Source: a virus (taxonomy: Duplodnaviria; Caudoviricetes). From it: a DNA stretch of 64,000 nt. The position numbers and the translations under genes were made by a program. This document shows, one piece after another, positions 32,505 to 42,933 of this stretch. The DNA lies in IMG/VR virus record IMGVR_UViG_3300031857_000007. One strand, given 5' to 3'. The notes under the pieces are model-generated. The model ran no database searches. It was not told the origin of the DNA and saw only the letters and a program-made list of their open reading frames with translations. The stretch's first letter is position 1, and the number at the start of each line of letters is the position of its first letter.

Positions 32505-33626
32505 TCAGAAAGAGGTAGGTTGGTCAACGTATTCTACAGTCAGTTCGGGACTAGTAGAAGGCATTTGGAAGTCGGCATCCACTTTATCGTAAAGTTCAAG
32601 GAATGCTTGCTTGGTTTCGTCGTCAAATCGGTTCACACACACTTGGATTGCCTTTGCTTTGTCAGCAAAAATACTGTAAGCGCGAATGATATGCACAAGG
32701 CGGCGAGTGCTAATGATTTCCTCAATACCACCGTCATAGAAGGTCTTACGAATAATGTCTGCCCAGTCCACCAGGCGCTTGCAGAAGTCACGATCCTCCA
32801 CGCCAAGGTCCAGAGCGACACCCTCAAGGATCTTCTGCTCAGTTGCTGGAGAAGGATAGGACTGCTCAAAGGTCACAGGGAACCGCTCAAGGAATGCTTC
32901 GTTGAGGACATTGGTTCCGATAAAGCGTCCGTCATCACTACCCTTTCCCTTAGTGTTAGCAGTAGCAACCACATTGAAACCAGCAGAAGGACTGACATAT
33001 TTACCAATCTTTTTAAGGAATACACCTTTACCTTCAAGTACAGATTGAAGACAAAGGATTTTGTTAGAGGCAAGGTCAATTTCGTCAAGAAGGAGAATTG
33101 CTCCTCGCTCTAGTGCTTCAATCACTGGACCATTATGCCACACAGTCTCGCCGTTGACGAGACGGAACCCACCAATCAGGTCATCCTCATCAGTTTCAAT
33201 AGTAATGTTTACACGGATCAGTTCACGTTTCAGTTGAGCACAAACTTGCTCAACACTGAACGTTTTACCGTTACCCGAAAGACCCGTAATGAACGTAGGA
33301 TAAAAAAGACGGGACTGAATAATTTTTTTAATATCGTTAAAATTACCAAACTTGACGAAGGTATCATCTTTAGTAGGAATAAGACTCTGTTCTACAGTAG
33401 GGAGGACGGCAGGAGCTTGATAAGAACGTTCGATTTCTTCCACTTTTTGTTGGGTTACTTCAAGATTCCATTTACCACGAGAAGTTTTAAAATTATCAAT
33501 TTTCTTAGTTACAGTCTGATAGTTTGCATCATTCATATTACACCAAGCACGAATATCTGCACTAGTAACATTATTTCCATAAAGTGCTTGGAGAGAAGTG
33601 CGAATGTAATCAGAGGAAAGAGACAT
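32505..33626 (-). CDS. cobS: CobS-like / MoxR-type AAA+ ATPase
   Basis: GLSGNGKT, LLDEID, ATANTKG, LNEAFLERF. Confidence 0.9.
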   Translation of the reverse strand: MSLSSDYIRTSLQALYGNNVTSADIRAWCNMNDANYQTVTKKIDNFKTSRGKWNLEVTQQKVEEIERSYQAPAVLPTVEQSLIPTKDDTFVKFGNFNDIKKIIQSRLFYPTFITGLSGNGKTFSVEQVCAQLKRELIRVNITIETDEDDLIGGFRLVNGETVWHNGPVIEALERGAILLLDEIDLASNKILCLQSVLEGKGVFLKKIGKYVSPSAGFNVVATANTKGKGSDDGRFIGTNVLNEAFLERFPVTFEQSYPSPATEQKILEGVALDLGVEDRDFCKRLVDWADIIRKTFYDGGIEEIISTRRLVHIIRAYSIFADKAKAIQVCVNRFDDETKQAFLELYDKVDADFQMPSTSPELTVEYVDQPTSF

Positions 33627-33690
33627 TGATTTGTTTTGTTTTGACTCTGTTATTATAGGGCAAAAAGGGGGGATCTAAACCCCCCAGTGG

Positions 33691-33876
33691 TCAGTTCGCC
33701 AACTGGTTCCTCAGTTGATCCAAGTACTCCTGTGTAGCAATTCTCCCAACATATCCTGGATAATACTTTTTAACCAATGCGGGAATGCCCATAGCAGTTA
33801 TGCTACTAGAGCATTTAACCCACACTTCTTTAGTATCGTATTTTAATACGTGTTCAAATGGAAATTTTTGTTTCAT
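33691..33876 (-). CDS. hypothetical protein
   Basis: 61-aa ORF with ATGA overlap. Confidence 0.7.
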   Translation of the reverse strand: MKQKFPFEHVLKYDTKEVWVKCSSSITAMGIPALVKKYYPGYVGRIATQEYLDQLRNQLAN

Positions 33877-36062
33877 GCCACCAAAGAAATAAATTCACCA
33901 AGAACTTTCTTATTTAGTTTTTTGGTCTTAAAAGATTTAACAAAAGCAGATTTGATTTGAGATTTTGTAGCAGATTCTGCAACTTCAAATTCACTATCTT
34001 GAGATAGTGCATTTGCAGAGATTCCAAAGTAAGCATCATATCCAGAATTTGTAATAGTAAAACTCTTCAGTTTCTTCCAGTCATTCTGGATTTTTTCATA
34101 TTGCTTATCCAGTTGAGAGTGATAAAGACTAATAAAACGATTAGCAGAACCAGCTCCAAGAACCCGAATACCAATAAAATTAGTAGAGGAAAACTTATCC
34201 TTTAAATTTTTGAGAAGAGTATCAGTAAAAGTATGGTACCCATAATCAATTTGATATGTAGTTCCAAGCTTACGATCTCGAAGAAAAGTGCTATGGGGAT
34301 TTACATACCCACTACCAAGATAAGGAGTTTTTTCCCAATCACGCTTTACTTCTCTATGATAAGTAAGTTGATTTGCCTCACCATCAGTCAGGACAATGCA
34401 CTGAACTTTTTGCAGTTTATTTTCCTTCTGAAACTTAGGGAGAATTTGGTGAAGAGAAATCAATGCCTCATTCAATGGAGTGCCAGAAAGACACATGCGA
34501 TTGGGATAAGTATAATGAGAATGATATTGCCGTGCGAAACAATATGCAAGACGCCAAATATTGAGAAGTTGGTGCTCCATTTCTTTACCAGAAACTTTGC
34601 TAGTAAGAATATTCATCATAGAAAAAGTTTCATCTACGATTAAGAGACTTTCTTTCTTTTCATAATGAGGAGTTCTATCAGCTGCAACATAACGATCTTT
34701 CTCGTAATCATACTCACCACGACGCCATTCATTAGTGAAAGCATACACTTCAAAGGGAATGGAAACTTTCTTACAGAACCAAACAAGATTGAAGAGTTGC
34801 TTGCAAGTATCAAGCATTACTTCTGCCATAGAACCACTCCAATCCAATACAAATACCAGACCATGATTCTTTCCATCGGGAATCACAGAAACTTTTTTGA
34901 ACAAGTCTTCATTGTATTTGTAAGTGTGGAGACGAGCAGTATCGAGAACACCAGTGCGAGCAGTTGATGCGCGAGCATACTGATCTGCTGCCTTACGGCA
35001 CTCAAACTCTTTTACAAGATAATTGACTTCCTTTTGAGCGGAAGATTTGAACTTGCGAAACTCAATATCAGATTCATTATAAAGATTTGTTGGAATAATT
35101 TTTTTCTCAACAGCCCACTCATTGTGGAGTTTTTGCTGGTGATTAAATGAATTATCAATATCCTTATGAACCTCAGAATTTTTACCAATAACAGTATCCA
35201 GATTGAGTTGAGGAACTTCTACATAAGTATTCTCATATACATCATTTCCAACAAGATCACGAATTTTTTCTTCCAATGAATCTGCAGTACGAACTTCTGG
35301 TTCACTTTCTTCACCAGAAGATTTTACTTGAGTTTGGTCTCCCTGAGCAGTTCCACCGTAGGACCCATCATCCTGTTTAGGTTGTGAGTTATCACTCTCC
35401 CCATCTTGCTCAGAAGAAGAGTCATTAGTTTCTACAATCTCATTGGAAGGAGACTGGGAATTTCCTTGCTGCTCATGAGAATCAAAGTCAGCAACTTTTT
35501 GCTGCTGTTCTTTTTCTTTTTTACAATAATTATAAAGTGTCTCTGCAGCAATCAGAACATCAGCAAAAGTTTCTGTATCGGCAATTAGATTGATAATCTC
35601 AGTCTCTTCACCACGTTCAATTGGCACATACGTATAGTTGCCAATTTTGAACCACAAGTTCACACGATCTGCAAGATTGAACTTGGAAATATCTTCTTCT
35701 TTGATCTGGAAGAAATCCTCATCATTTAGTTCTTTATATCCATTGTAGAAGGTCTTTGCAAGTCCAGCATACTTGCGCTTCATTAGTTTCTCAATGCGAG
35801 CATCCTCAACAACATTGACAAACTGCTGAGGGACTTTCACTTTCTCCAACCAGTCTTCATCTGGAGTAAAAAGAGCATGTCCAACTTCATGTCCCACTAG
35901 AAGGTCATACACAAGACCACTTGCTTTCTCCCACAAGGGAAGAGTCAGAACACGAGTATGAACATTGAAGCAAGCAGTAGAAACTTTTTTGTGCTCAACT
36001 ACTAGATCTTCAGTAGCAAGTAGTTTTGCAAGTTGAGACTTGATTTCGTGGCGAACAGGCAT
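33873..36062 (-). CDS. CobT-like protein: HExxH metallopeptidase-like N-terminus plus vWA domain
   Basis: HEVGH, NVVEDARIE, DWSGS MIDAS, GTPL, LTDG. Confidence 0.88.
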   Translation of the reverse strand: MPVRHEIKSQLAKLLATEDLVVEHKKVSTACFNVHTRVLTLPLWEKASGLVYDLLVGHEVGHALFTPDEDWLEKVKVPQQFVNVVEDARIEKLMKRKYAGLAKTFYNGYKELNDEDFFQIKEEDISKFNLADRVNLWFKIGNYTYVPIERGEETEIINLIADTETFADVLIAAETLYNYCKKEKEQQQKVADFDSHEQQGNSQSPSNEIVETNDSSSEQDGESDNSQPKQDDGSYGGTAQGDQTQVKSSGEESEPEVRTADSLEEKIRDLVGNDVYENTYVEVPQLNLDTVIGKNSEVHKDIDNSFNHQQKLHNEWAVEKKIIPTNLYNESDIEFRKFKSSAQKEVNYLVKEFECRKAADQYARASTARTGVLDTARLHTYKYNEDLFKKVSVIPDGKNHGLVFVLDWSGSMAEVMLDTCKQLFNLVWFCKKVSIPFEVYAFTNEWRRGEYDYEKDRYVAADRTPHYEKKESLLIVDETFSMMNILTSKVSGKEMEHQLLNIWRLAYCFARQYHSHYTYPNRMCLSGTPLNEALISLHQILPKFQKENKLQKVQCIVLTDGEANQLTYHREVKRDWEKTPYLGSGYVNPHSTFLRDRKLGTTYQIDYGYHTFTDTLLKNLKDKFSSTNFIGIRVLGAGSANRFISLYHSQLDKQYEKIQNDWKKLKSFTITNSGYDAYFGISANALSQDSEFEVAESATKSQIKSAFVKSFKTKKLNKKVLGEFISLVA

Positions 36063-36231
36063 CAGTTTTGTTTCGTATGGACCTACAATAAAACGAAAGG
36101 TCGCCTTTTGGGCGACCCATGTGACGCTTTTTGAACTGGGCGAGTCGTGCTTTCGCTTGCCTCAGTGCTTGCGGTTTAAGTTTTCGTTTCTGTTCTTTCT
36201 TGGAGTGATGCTGCCAATTTGGAGTGTTCAT
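36010..36231 (-). CDS. basic hypothetical protein
   Basis: MNTPNWQHHSKKEQKRKLKPQALRQ. Confidence 0.55.
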   Translation of the reverse strand: MNTPNWQHHSKKEQKRKLKPQALRQAKARLAQFKKRHMGRPKGDLSFYCRSIRNKTDACSPRNQVSTCKTTCY

Positions 36232-37020
36232 TTAAGTAACAGGCCAGTCTATGACCTGACGAATCTGCTGATTGTAGGACCATACCGATTTTAGCATACT
36301 GGCGTCAAGACCGACCGATTCCATTTGAATTATGAGGGAATTAAGATCTTTAGGAAAACAGGTTCCTCCAAAACCTCTATCTCCGTCAATACCAGGAACC
36401 TTAGAATGAGATTTACCTATCCTACTATCGGAAATAACACCACCACAAACAACGTCATAATTCATACCATGCTTTTCACAAAAATCATACATTTTATTAA
36501 AATATGCCACTTTAAGCGACAAAAAGGTATTAGAAAAATACTTAATAGATTCACTTTCGTCGGAAGTTGTTATGATACTTGGAATATGTGGAAATAGACT
36601 TTCAAATAATTTTACAAAATTTTCACACAATTCTTTTTTGCCCCCAACAATATTTCTTTCGGAATTTTTAAAATCTTCTACAGCATTTCTTGCAGTTAAA
36701 AATTCTGGATTATGGATAACATTATATTTTTGCGAATATTTTTTAGTTGTTCCAACAGGAACTGTAGATTTTACAATAAATGTACTCTCAATATTTTTTG
36801 GTAGGCAATTAAAAAAATTATCTAATATTGAAAGATCACACTCTCCCGTAGATTTCATAGGAGTTGGCAAACAAACAAAAATAAAATTTTGCTCTAAAAC
36901 TTCATCAAGAGTGTTTGGGGATTTGCGAATATCAATATCGTATACTTTACAGGAAACTTTATCCTTCAAATTTTGATATACTGCGTTACCAACAAACCCA
37001 TTTCCAATAATTCCGATCAT
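36232..37020 (-). CDS. UDP-glucose/GDP-mannose dehydrogenase family protein (short form)
   Basis: GIIGNGFVG, FVCLPTP, KSTVPVG, NPEFL, GFGGTCFPKD. Confidence 0.88.
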   Translation of the reverse strand: MIGIIGNGFVGNAVYQNLKDKVSCKVYDIDIRKSPNTLDEVLEQNFIFVCLPTPMKSTGECDLSILDNFFNCLPKNIESTFIVKSTVPVGTTKKYSQKYNVIHNPEFLTARNAVEDFKNSERNIVGGKKELCENFVKLFESLFPHIPSIITTSDESESIKYFSNTFLSLKVAYFNKMYDFCEKHGMNYDVVCGGVISDSRIGKSHSKVPGIDGDRGFGGTCFPKDLNSLIIQMESVGLDASMLKSVWSYNQQIRQVIDWPVT

Positions 37021-38729
37021 ACAACCATCCTACTAAATCCTTTAATTTTCTCAAACTTTATTACACTTTCAAATTTGTCCTCAAGTCCTGTCTTGTGAGA
37101 AATAACAAAAATATTTGCGTCTTTAATAACGTAACGAATAATCTTAAGGAACTCCTCAGTCCCAAATCCATCAAGTGAAGAATCAAAAACCTCATCCATA
37201 ATCAGAAGATTTGTATTAACAGAATTCTTCATTCTTGCAACTTCTCTCCATGTGAAAAGAAGTGCTAGGTCAATTCTCATTTTTTCTCCTTCACTAAAAG
37301 AAGCATATGAGAAATCTTCATGAATAGGAGACTGAACGGTTTCGTTAAATTCCTCATCAAGAGTAAAGTTAATATAAAAGTCCATCATTTGCAAATAGCG
37401 ATTAACTTGCTGATTGATGAGTGGCAAATACTTCTTAATGATTTTGGATTTTACTCCACCGTCTTTAAGTAGACTATACGAAAAATCGTAATAGTTAATT
37501 GCGTCTTTTTTAGAAGAGAGTTCGTCGTATGTAGTTTTTAAATTGTCTTTGAAGGATTCTAACTTCTCATGTTCAGAATTTCTGTTTGCAAGGTTCTCGG
37601 TAAGAACTTGAATTTCTTGTTCAAGATTTCTGATTTGCTTTCGCAATCCATTAATCTTAATATTGTTTTGAGAAATGCCATTCGTTAAGTTTAAAATCTC
37701 CTTCGATAGAGTATTAAATTGACGCTCTCTCTCTTCTTCCTCTTTAATTGCCTCCTCTAGTTCTTTATAACCAGATTGCAACTCTTTTGCTTTATCTTGA
37801 GCGTCCTTAATTCTATTTATTCTGAAGGTCTCCTCAATAGACTGTGTACAAGTAGGGCATACCGTATTTTCGGTGAAGAACTTATGCTCTTTAGTAATAG
37901 TAGATACTTTTTGCGATATCTTACCTTTTAGATTTCCCAACTTACGGAGTTTATCTGTAGCACCTACATAATCTTCAAGTTCTTTTTGTAGAGTACACAA
38001 TCCATCTTCTACTACAGCATTATCGACCATATAAACACCAACTTCCCTATCAAGATTGGCAATCTTCTCTTTATTAGCGTTTATATTGGCATTACCACGA
38101 TTTTCCAACTCTTCAATAAAGTCTTCTTGCATTTTAACTTTATCATTAAGAGATTCTTTTTTAAGTTCAAGAGTTTTAATTTCTTCCTTAATAGATCGGA
38201 TCTTTTCTTTAATCACAAGATTCATAGAAGAAAAAATCTTAATATCTAAAAGATCCTCAATCACTTCACGGCGGTGAGATGCTGGAAGTTGCATAAAGGG
38301 AACAAAAGTACTTGACCCCAAAATAACAATTTGGGTAAAGGACTTGTAGTTCATTTTAAGAACATTTTGCTCCAACCACTTCTGCTGATCCAAAGCAGCG
38401 GCAGATTGATCCAGCAAAAGGTCGTCTCTATAAACTTCAAAAATATTTGGTTTGATTCCTCTTACAACTTTCCAAGAAATATTTCCAATATCAAACTCAA
38501 CCTCTACTCTACAATCTTTATCATTTGTAGAATTGATAAGTTGTGGTTTATTAATTTTGCGAAATGGTTTTCCAAACAAAGAAAAAGTAAGTGCATCAAG
38601 AACGGTGCTTTTTCCTGCTCCATTAGATCCAATTATTAAATTTGTTGAGTTTTTGGTAAAATCAATTTTGGTAAATTGATTTCCTGTACTCAAAAAATTC
38701 TGCCACTTGATAGTTTTAAAAATAATCAT
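37017..38729 (-). CDS. gp46: Rad50/SbcC-like recombination nuclease ATPase
   Basis: GSNGAGKS, CPTC hook, FSEGE, IMDEVFD. Confidence 0.97.
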   Translation of the reverse strand: MIIFKTIKWQNFLSTGNQFTKIDFTKNSTNLIIGSNGAGKSTVLDALTFSLFGKPFRKINKPQLINSTNDKDCRVEVEFDIGNISWKVVRGIKPNIFEVYRDDLLLDQSAAALDQQKWLEQNVLKMNYKSFTQIVILGSSTFVPFMQLPASHRREVIEDLLDIKIFSSMNLVIKEKIRSIKEEIKTLELKKESLNDKVKMQEDFIEELENRGNANINANKEKIANLDREVGVYMVDNAVVEDGLCTLQKELEDYVGATDKLRKLGNLKGKISQKVSTITKEHKFFTENTVCPTCTQSIEETFRINRIKDAQDKAKELQSGYKELEEAIKEEEERERQFNTLSKEILNLTNGISQNNIKINGLRKQIRNLEQEIQVLTENLANRNSEHEKLESFKDNLKTTYDELSSKKDAINYYDFSYSLLKDGGVKSKIIKKYLPLINQQVNRYLQMMDFYINFTLDEEFNETVQSPIHEDFSYASFSEGEKMRIDLALLFTWREVARMKNSVNTNLLIMDEVFDSSLDGFGTEEFLKIIRYVIKDANIFVISHKTGLEDKFESVIKFEKIKGFSRMVV

Positions 38730-39001
38730 TTAATTTCTGGAGGAATCACAATATCATTTGGAGTAATAATCGTATAATGACAATCATTCATTTCACATGT
38801 TTTTATTATTAGTTCGTCATCAACTTCAATAACATGCATTTCTGGATAATCTTTTTGTTCCAACATAATAGCATATCTAACGGCATCGTCTTCTTCTTCA
38901 AAGAGATATAGAACATGATCTCCATTCTCATTAGATACAGAATAAGCGCCTTCAGATTCTTTGCCGTTAACAGTTAATATATACATATCATACCATTTCA
39001 C
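38726..39001 (-). CDS. conserved hypothetical protein between gp47 and gp46
   Basis: LYLFEEEDDAVRY. Confidence 0.75.
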   Translation of the reverse strand: MKWYDMYILTVNGKESEGAYSVSNENGDHVLYLFEEEDDAVRYAIMLEQKDYPEMHVIEVDDELIIKTCEMNDCHYTIITPNDIVIPPEIK

Positions 39002-40028
39002 ATGCCTCTTGATATATTTCTTGTATCATTTGTTTAATTACAAATTTATCAAGAGAAATTTCTGCCTCCTCAATATATCTATTCAATATAGTAATAGTAT
39101 CTTCACTTTCAGTTATTTCAAACTCCTGTGGATCTTGTATATCAAAATTTTCAATTACTTTAAGTTCTGCAATATTGGAGGCATATAATTTGTCAATGAA
39201 CTTTTCAAACTTTTTAGTATTTGATTTTTTTCTAACTATTACCTTTACAATTTTATTTTCATATTCACGACTATCAAACGTTTGATAGTCGTTATCCTCA
39301 TAATATATGTTATAAAATAACCGGAAAGGATTATTGATTGGTTCGTGTGTTATTGTTTCTGTGTCAAAAATATGAAATCCTCTTGTATCTCCAACATCAG
39401 TCCAAAACATTTCGTAAGGATTTCCTAGATAGAAGACTGTTCCATTATCCGATCTAGTGTGATAGTGTCCCGAGTAGACACTCTGGAACTTACCAAATAG
39501 TTTGCTCTCCAAACCGTGCTCCATTGTGATTTGTCGATTAACTCTAAATCCTTGGAGTTCAAGGTGCCCCATCGCACACGGGCAAGTTGTCTTTTGAATA
39601 AGTTTGAGAGTGCGTTCTTCATTTTCTTGATTAATCCATGGTATAAAAAGTGTAGGCAACTGACCCAACATTACTTCAGTTGGTTCAGAATAAACGGTTA
39701 CGTTATCATATTCACGCAGAAGAAGATCGACCGCATTTACCTGATTTGTGTTCTTGTAATATGCAGTATGGTTTCCTACGATTGTATGAACTTTTACCCC
39801 CATTTCTTGTAGACGGTCGTAGTAATTATTCTTAGCCCAAGATAAAGCGGAGAAATCGATTCCTTTACGACTATCAAAAGTATCTCCCATATCTACAACA
39901 GTGGTAATCCCTTGCTCTTCGAGTGTAGGGAAAAATACATCATTGTAGAACTTTAAGAAATAATCATGAAAGAGTTTGGAATTCTTTCGTGCTCCAAAGT
40001 GTTGGTCTGTAATAATTGCTACTTTCAT
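38988..40028 (-). CDS. gp47: Mre11/SbcD-like recombination nuclease
   Basis: DQHFG, GDTFD, GNH, GHYH. Confidence 0.96.
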   Translation of the reverse strand: MKVAIITDQHFGARKNSKLFHDYFLKFYNDVFFPTLEEQGITTVVDMGDTFDSRKGIDFSALSWAKNNYYDRLQEMGVKVHTIVGNHTAYYKNTNQVNAVDLLLREYDNVTVYSEPTEVMLGQLPTLFIPWINQENEERTLKLIQKTTCPCAMGHLELQGFRVNRQITMEHGLESKLFGKFQSVYSGHYHTRSDNGTVFYLGNPYEMFWTDVGDTRGFHIFDTETITHEPINNPFRLFYNIYYEDNDYQTFDSREYENKIVKVIVRKKSNTKKFEKFIDKLYASNIAELKVIENFDIQDPQEFEITESEDTITILNRYIEEAEISLDKFVIKQMIQEIYQEACEMV

Positions 40029-40523
40029 TCAATAACGAAGTTTGGAGTGTACAGCGTCTTTGATAGAATTATAATCGCTATAGTTGGATCCGTCAATAGT
40101 GTTGTCTTCGAATACTTCCGAATATCCTGTTCTTTCTAAAATTTTATTTTTAATTTCTAATTGACGCTTTTCTCTTTGGATTCTACGCAGGAAAGCAAAA
40201 TGAATAATTTGCGTGAAATATGCAAAGGGATTTTGTGATTTCTCTGGATTAAAGTTATGAATATACTGAACACAATTTTCAATGCCGTCACAAATCATGT
40301 CGTCTTTAAACATATAATTTACAAAATTTGGTTTAAAAGACAAGTGTGTTGCAATTTTCAAAAAGCATTCACCAAGATAATTGCTAATTCTTGGTTTTGG
40401 CAATCCTTTTAATTCTGCTATGGCAACCTTTTCTCGGTGCTCAATAAGGGCTGCCAAAAACTCTTTATTATTGACATAATGCTCAGACCTTTTTCTTTTT
40501 GTCATTACAGTCGTCGTTATCAT
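40029..40523 (-). CDS. gp55: late-transcription sigma factor
   Basis: HYVNNKEF, NPFAYFTQI. Confidence 0.95.
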   Translation of the reverse strand: MITTTVMTKRKRSEHYVNNKEFLAALIEHREKVAIAELKGLPKPRISNYLGECFLKIATHLSFKPNFVNYMFKDDMICDGIENCVQYIHNFNPEKSQNPFAYFTQIIHFAFLRRIQREKRQLEIKNKILERTGYSEVFEDNTIDGSNYSDYNSIKDAVHSKLRY

Positions 40524-40549
40524 TAGTTTTTCTCATTAATTATGTAGAT

Positions 40550-40601
40550 ATTATAACATTTAGAAAAATGCTTGACAAGACCCCCGTAAACTGGATATAA
40601 T
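40550..40601. promoter_or_regulatory. back-to-back sigma70-type promoters: minus TTGTCA-N17-TATAAT (gp55) and plus TTGACA-N18-TATAAT (antisense)
   Basis: Shared TTGACA/TTGTCA core at 40571-40578. Confidence 0.65.
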
Positions 40602-40629
40602 AACCTTTGTCTGGGTTAATAAGTTAATA

Positions 40630-41031
40630 TTAGCTATTTCTATAAAGCTTCTCTAATATTTCTTTAGCATCATTAACACTAGAAATATATCCCATTTTTT
40701 TGCTAATATTTGTTTTCCTATCTTTTTTAGACGATCCGTTTTGAGATTCTCTTACATAGGATTGGTACATTATTATTATTTCAATATCTGAAGATTCGGA
40801 TATTGTTAGAACATCATCAAAGTTGATAATATACATATCTTCTTTACTTGTTTTAATCCATGGTTCTACTTTATATCCACCAAATCCAAATCTTGTTGTA
40901 ACTTCTGTAATTACAATCGGATTTGATAGGATCAGTAGAGTTCTATCTTCCTCTTCACTTGCAGCAACTTTTGCGAATATTTCTTCCCCAGACTTTAATT
41001 TAATTGTTGCATAAAAATCTTCTTCTATCAT
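40630..41031 (-). CDS. conserved hypothetical protein
   Basis: FYATIKLKSGEEIFAKV. Confidence 0.75.
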   Translation of the reverse strand: MIEEDFYATIKLKSGEEIFAKVAASEEEDRTLLILSNPIVITEVTTRFGFGGYKVEPWIKTSKEDMYIINFDDVLTISESSDIEIIIMYQSYVRESQNGSSKKDRKTNISKKMGYISSVNDAKEILEKLYRNS

Positions 41032-42500
41032 TTCTTTAATTGAATTGTAATTATTTCATAATTAAAATTTTCTTCATTATAAATTTTAATTCTTTCAATC
41101 ATATGATTTAGAGTATAGTTTTTTCTGGAATTAACTGTACAATCATCTGATATGTCGTATAAAAAAGCTTTTGTCTTATCTTTTCCTTTTCTAAGAACTC
41201 TTCCAATTGATTGGAGATTTCTTATTCTTGATTTGCTTGGTGAAGCAAAGATAACATTATGCAAATTTCGAATGTTAATTCCGGTAGAAAAAGTTCCGTA
41301 AGAAGCAACAATAATTGCATTATTTTCTCTTTCAGTAATTTCTCGAACCAATTCTCTTTCTTCAGCATCAACTCCACCATGTACAAAAAATACCTTACGG
41401 GTATCTTTCTTATTGCTATTTATTAAATTGAATAGTGGTTCTCCATGTGTAGAAACCCTACTATAAAGAACCAAAGTGTTTCCTTTTAAATCTAGAGCTA
41501 AATTTGATATGAATTTATTTCTTTGCTCATGACCGATTAGATATTGAATCTCATCTTCATAGGTCTCGAATTTTTGTGGTGGATGTTTTAATACAATACA
41601 GCGAATATCTAATTGAGAAAGATGTCCCTGCTTCATCAACTCGTCAGTTCTTGTTACCTTATATGAAGGACCAAATAATCCCTCTAGAACCCATTTATGA
41701 GTTTGTGTTCCGTCTAAAGTTCCAGTAAATCCAAAACGATACTTTGCGTGATGCAATTTAGTCATAATTTCAATTAGAGATTTGCTCTTGAATAGATGAG
41801 CTTCATCTCCTATAATTACGCTATAGTCTTCGAAAAATGAACGATCCAGTTTATAAACAGATTGCCAAGTAGTAATTGTTACTGGGTATTCGTTAGTTTT
41901 TTCTCTACCAGAATAAATACGGTGACAGTATGACTCAGCATCCCAACCATAATCTAAAAAATCCTTGTACATTTGCTCTACAAGAGATGTCGTTGGAACA
42001 ACTAGAAGAATTTTTTGCTTTTTTTCCACATAGTATCTTACAAGCGAATAAATCATTAGTGATTTACCGCTGGCAGTGGGACTTATCAATAATTTTCTAT
42101 TATGCCTTAGAGCATCATATACTCCCTCAATTTGATATTGCCTCGGAGAATGGGCACAAATAGATTTCATGTAATCTTTAACGCCTTCAAAAGATATGCC
42201 ATCATTGACTTCAAATGGCTGTCCATAAAATTTGTTATCTTCAAATTTGTAAGTATATCCGTATTGCTCACAAAAATTTACAATCTTATCCAAGAGTCCA
42301 ACATAAATTTGTTTGGTCCTCATATCGAATAGATGTATTTCTCCATTCCAATTTCTTTTCCTATATTGAGGCATGAATTTTGCAGACTCTACCTGAAAAG
42401 TGAATCGGTCTCTTAATTCATACTCAATATGTGGTTCTGTTTTTATCTTAAGAAAAACTTCGTTCGATTTTGAAATAACTAGATTTGCTGAATCAACCAT
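41028..42500 (-). CDS. uvsW: SF2 helicase UvsW
   Basis: PTASGKS, DEAH, TGT, QSIGRVLR. Confidence 0.96.
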   Translation of the reverse strand: MVDSANLVISKSNEVFLKIKTEPHIEYELRDRFTFQVESAKFMPQYRKRNWNGEIHLFDMRTKQIYVGLLDKIVNFCEQYGYTYKFEDNKFYGQPFEVNDGISFEGVKDYMKSICAHSPRQYQIEGVYDALRHNRKLLISPTASGKSLMIYSLVRYYVEKKQKILLVVPTTSLVEQMYKDFLDYGWDAESYCHRIYSGREKTNEYPVTITTWQSVYKLDRSFFEDYSVIIGDEAHLFKSKSLIEIMTKLHHAKYRFGFTGTLDGTQTHKWVLEGLFGPSYKVTRTDELMKQGHLSQLDIRCIVLKHPPQKFETYEDEIQYLIGHEQRNKFISNLALDLKGNTLVLYSRVSTHGEPLFNLINSNKKDTRKVFFVHGGVDAEERELVREITERENNAIIVASYGTFSTGINIRNLHNVIFASPSKSRIRNLQSIGRVLRKGKDKTKAFLYDISDDCTVNSRKNYTLNHMIERIKIYNEENFNYEIITIQLKK

Positions 42501-42933
42501 ATCCTGCCTGGAACTTTATAAATTCAATGGCATTCTTTATTTGATAAGTTCTATTTTGAATAACTTTAAGAATGCTCTCAATATAATTTAGGAGAGTTTC
42601 GTAGTACTCAATTTTCATGGCGACATTGGATAATTTTTCGTCAGAATCTAGATAACCCTGAAGCGTTTCTTTATCGCGAATTTTTTTGGGAAAGGGATTT
42701 TCTATGTAAATTTCTGGATCTGCCTTTCCTGTGAAGTATTCATACCTTTCATGGCGAATTCTTTTTTTCTGTTGCTCAGCTCTCTTTTTCAGTAAATTTA
42801 TATTATTGTATAAATCAAAATATTTTGCATGAAGAATTGGGATATTTAAAGATTCTGTATGCAAATTATCAATGTCTATTTTGGAATCTTTTTCCCACAT
42901 AGACTGAATTGTTTCAAGATCAAGACTCGCCAT
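42493..42933 (-). CDS. uvsY: recombination mediator UvsY
   Basis: Position; IQNRTYQIKNAIEF. Confidence 0.9.
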   Translation of the reverse strand: MASLDLETIQSMWEKDSKIDIDNLHTESLNIPILHAKYFDLYNNINLLKKRAEQQKKRIRHERYEYFTGKADPEIYIENPFPKKIRDKETLQGYLDSDEKLSNVAMKIEYYETLLNYIESILKVIQNRTYQIKNAIEFIKFQAGYG

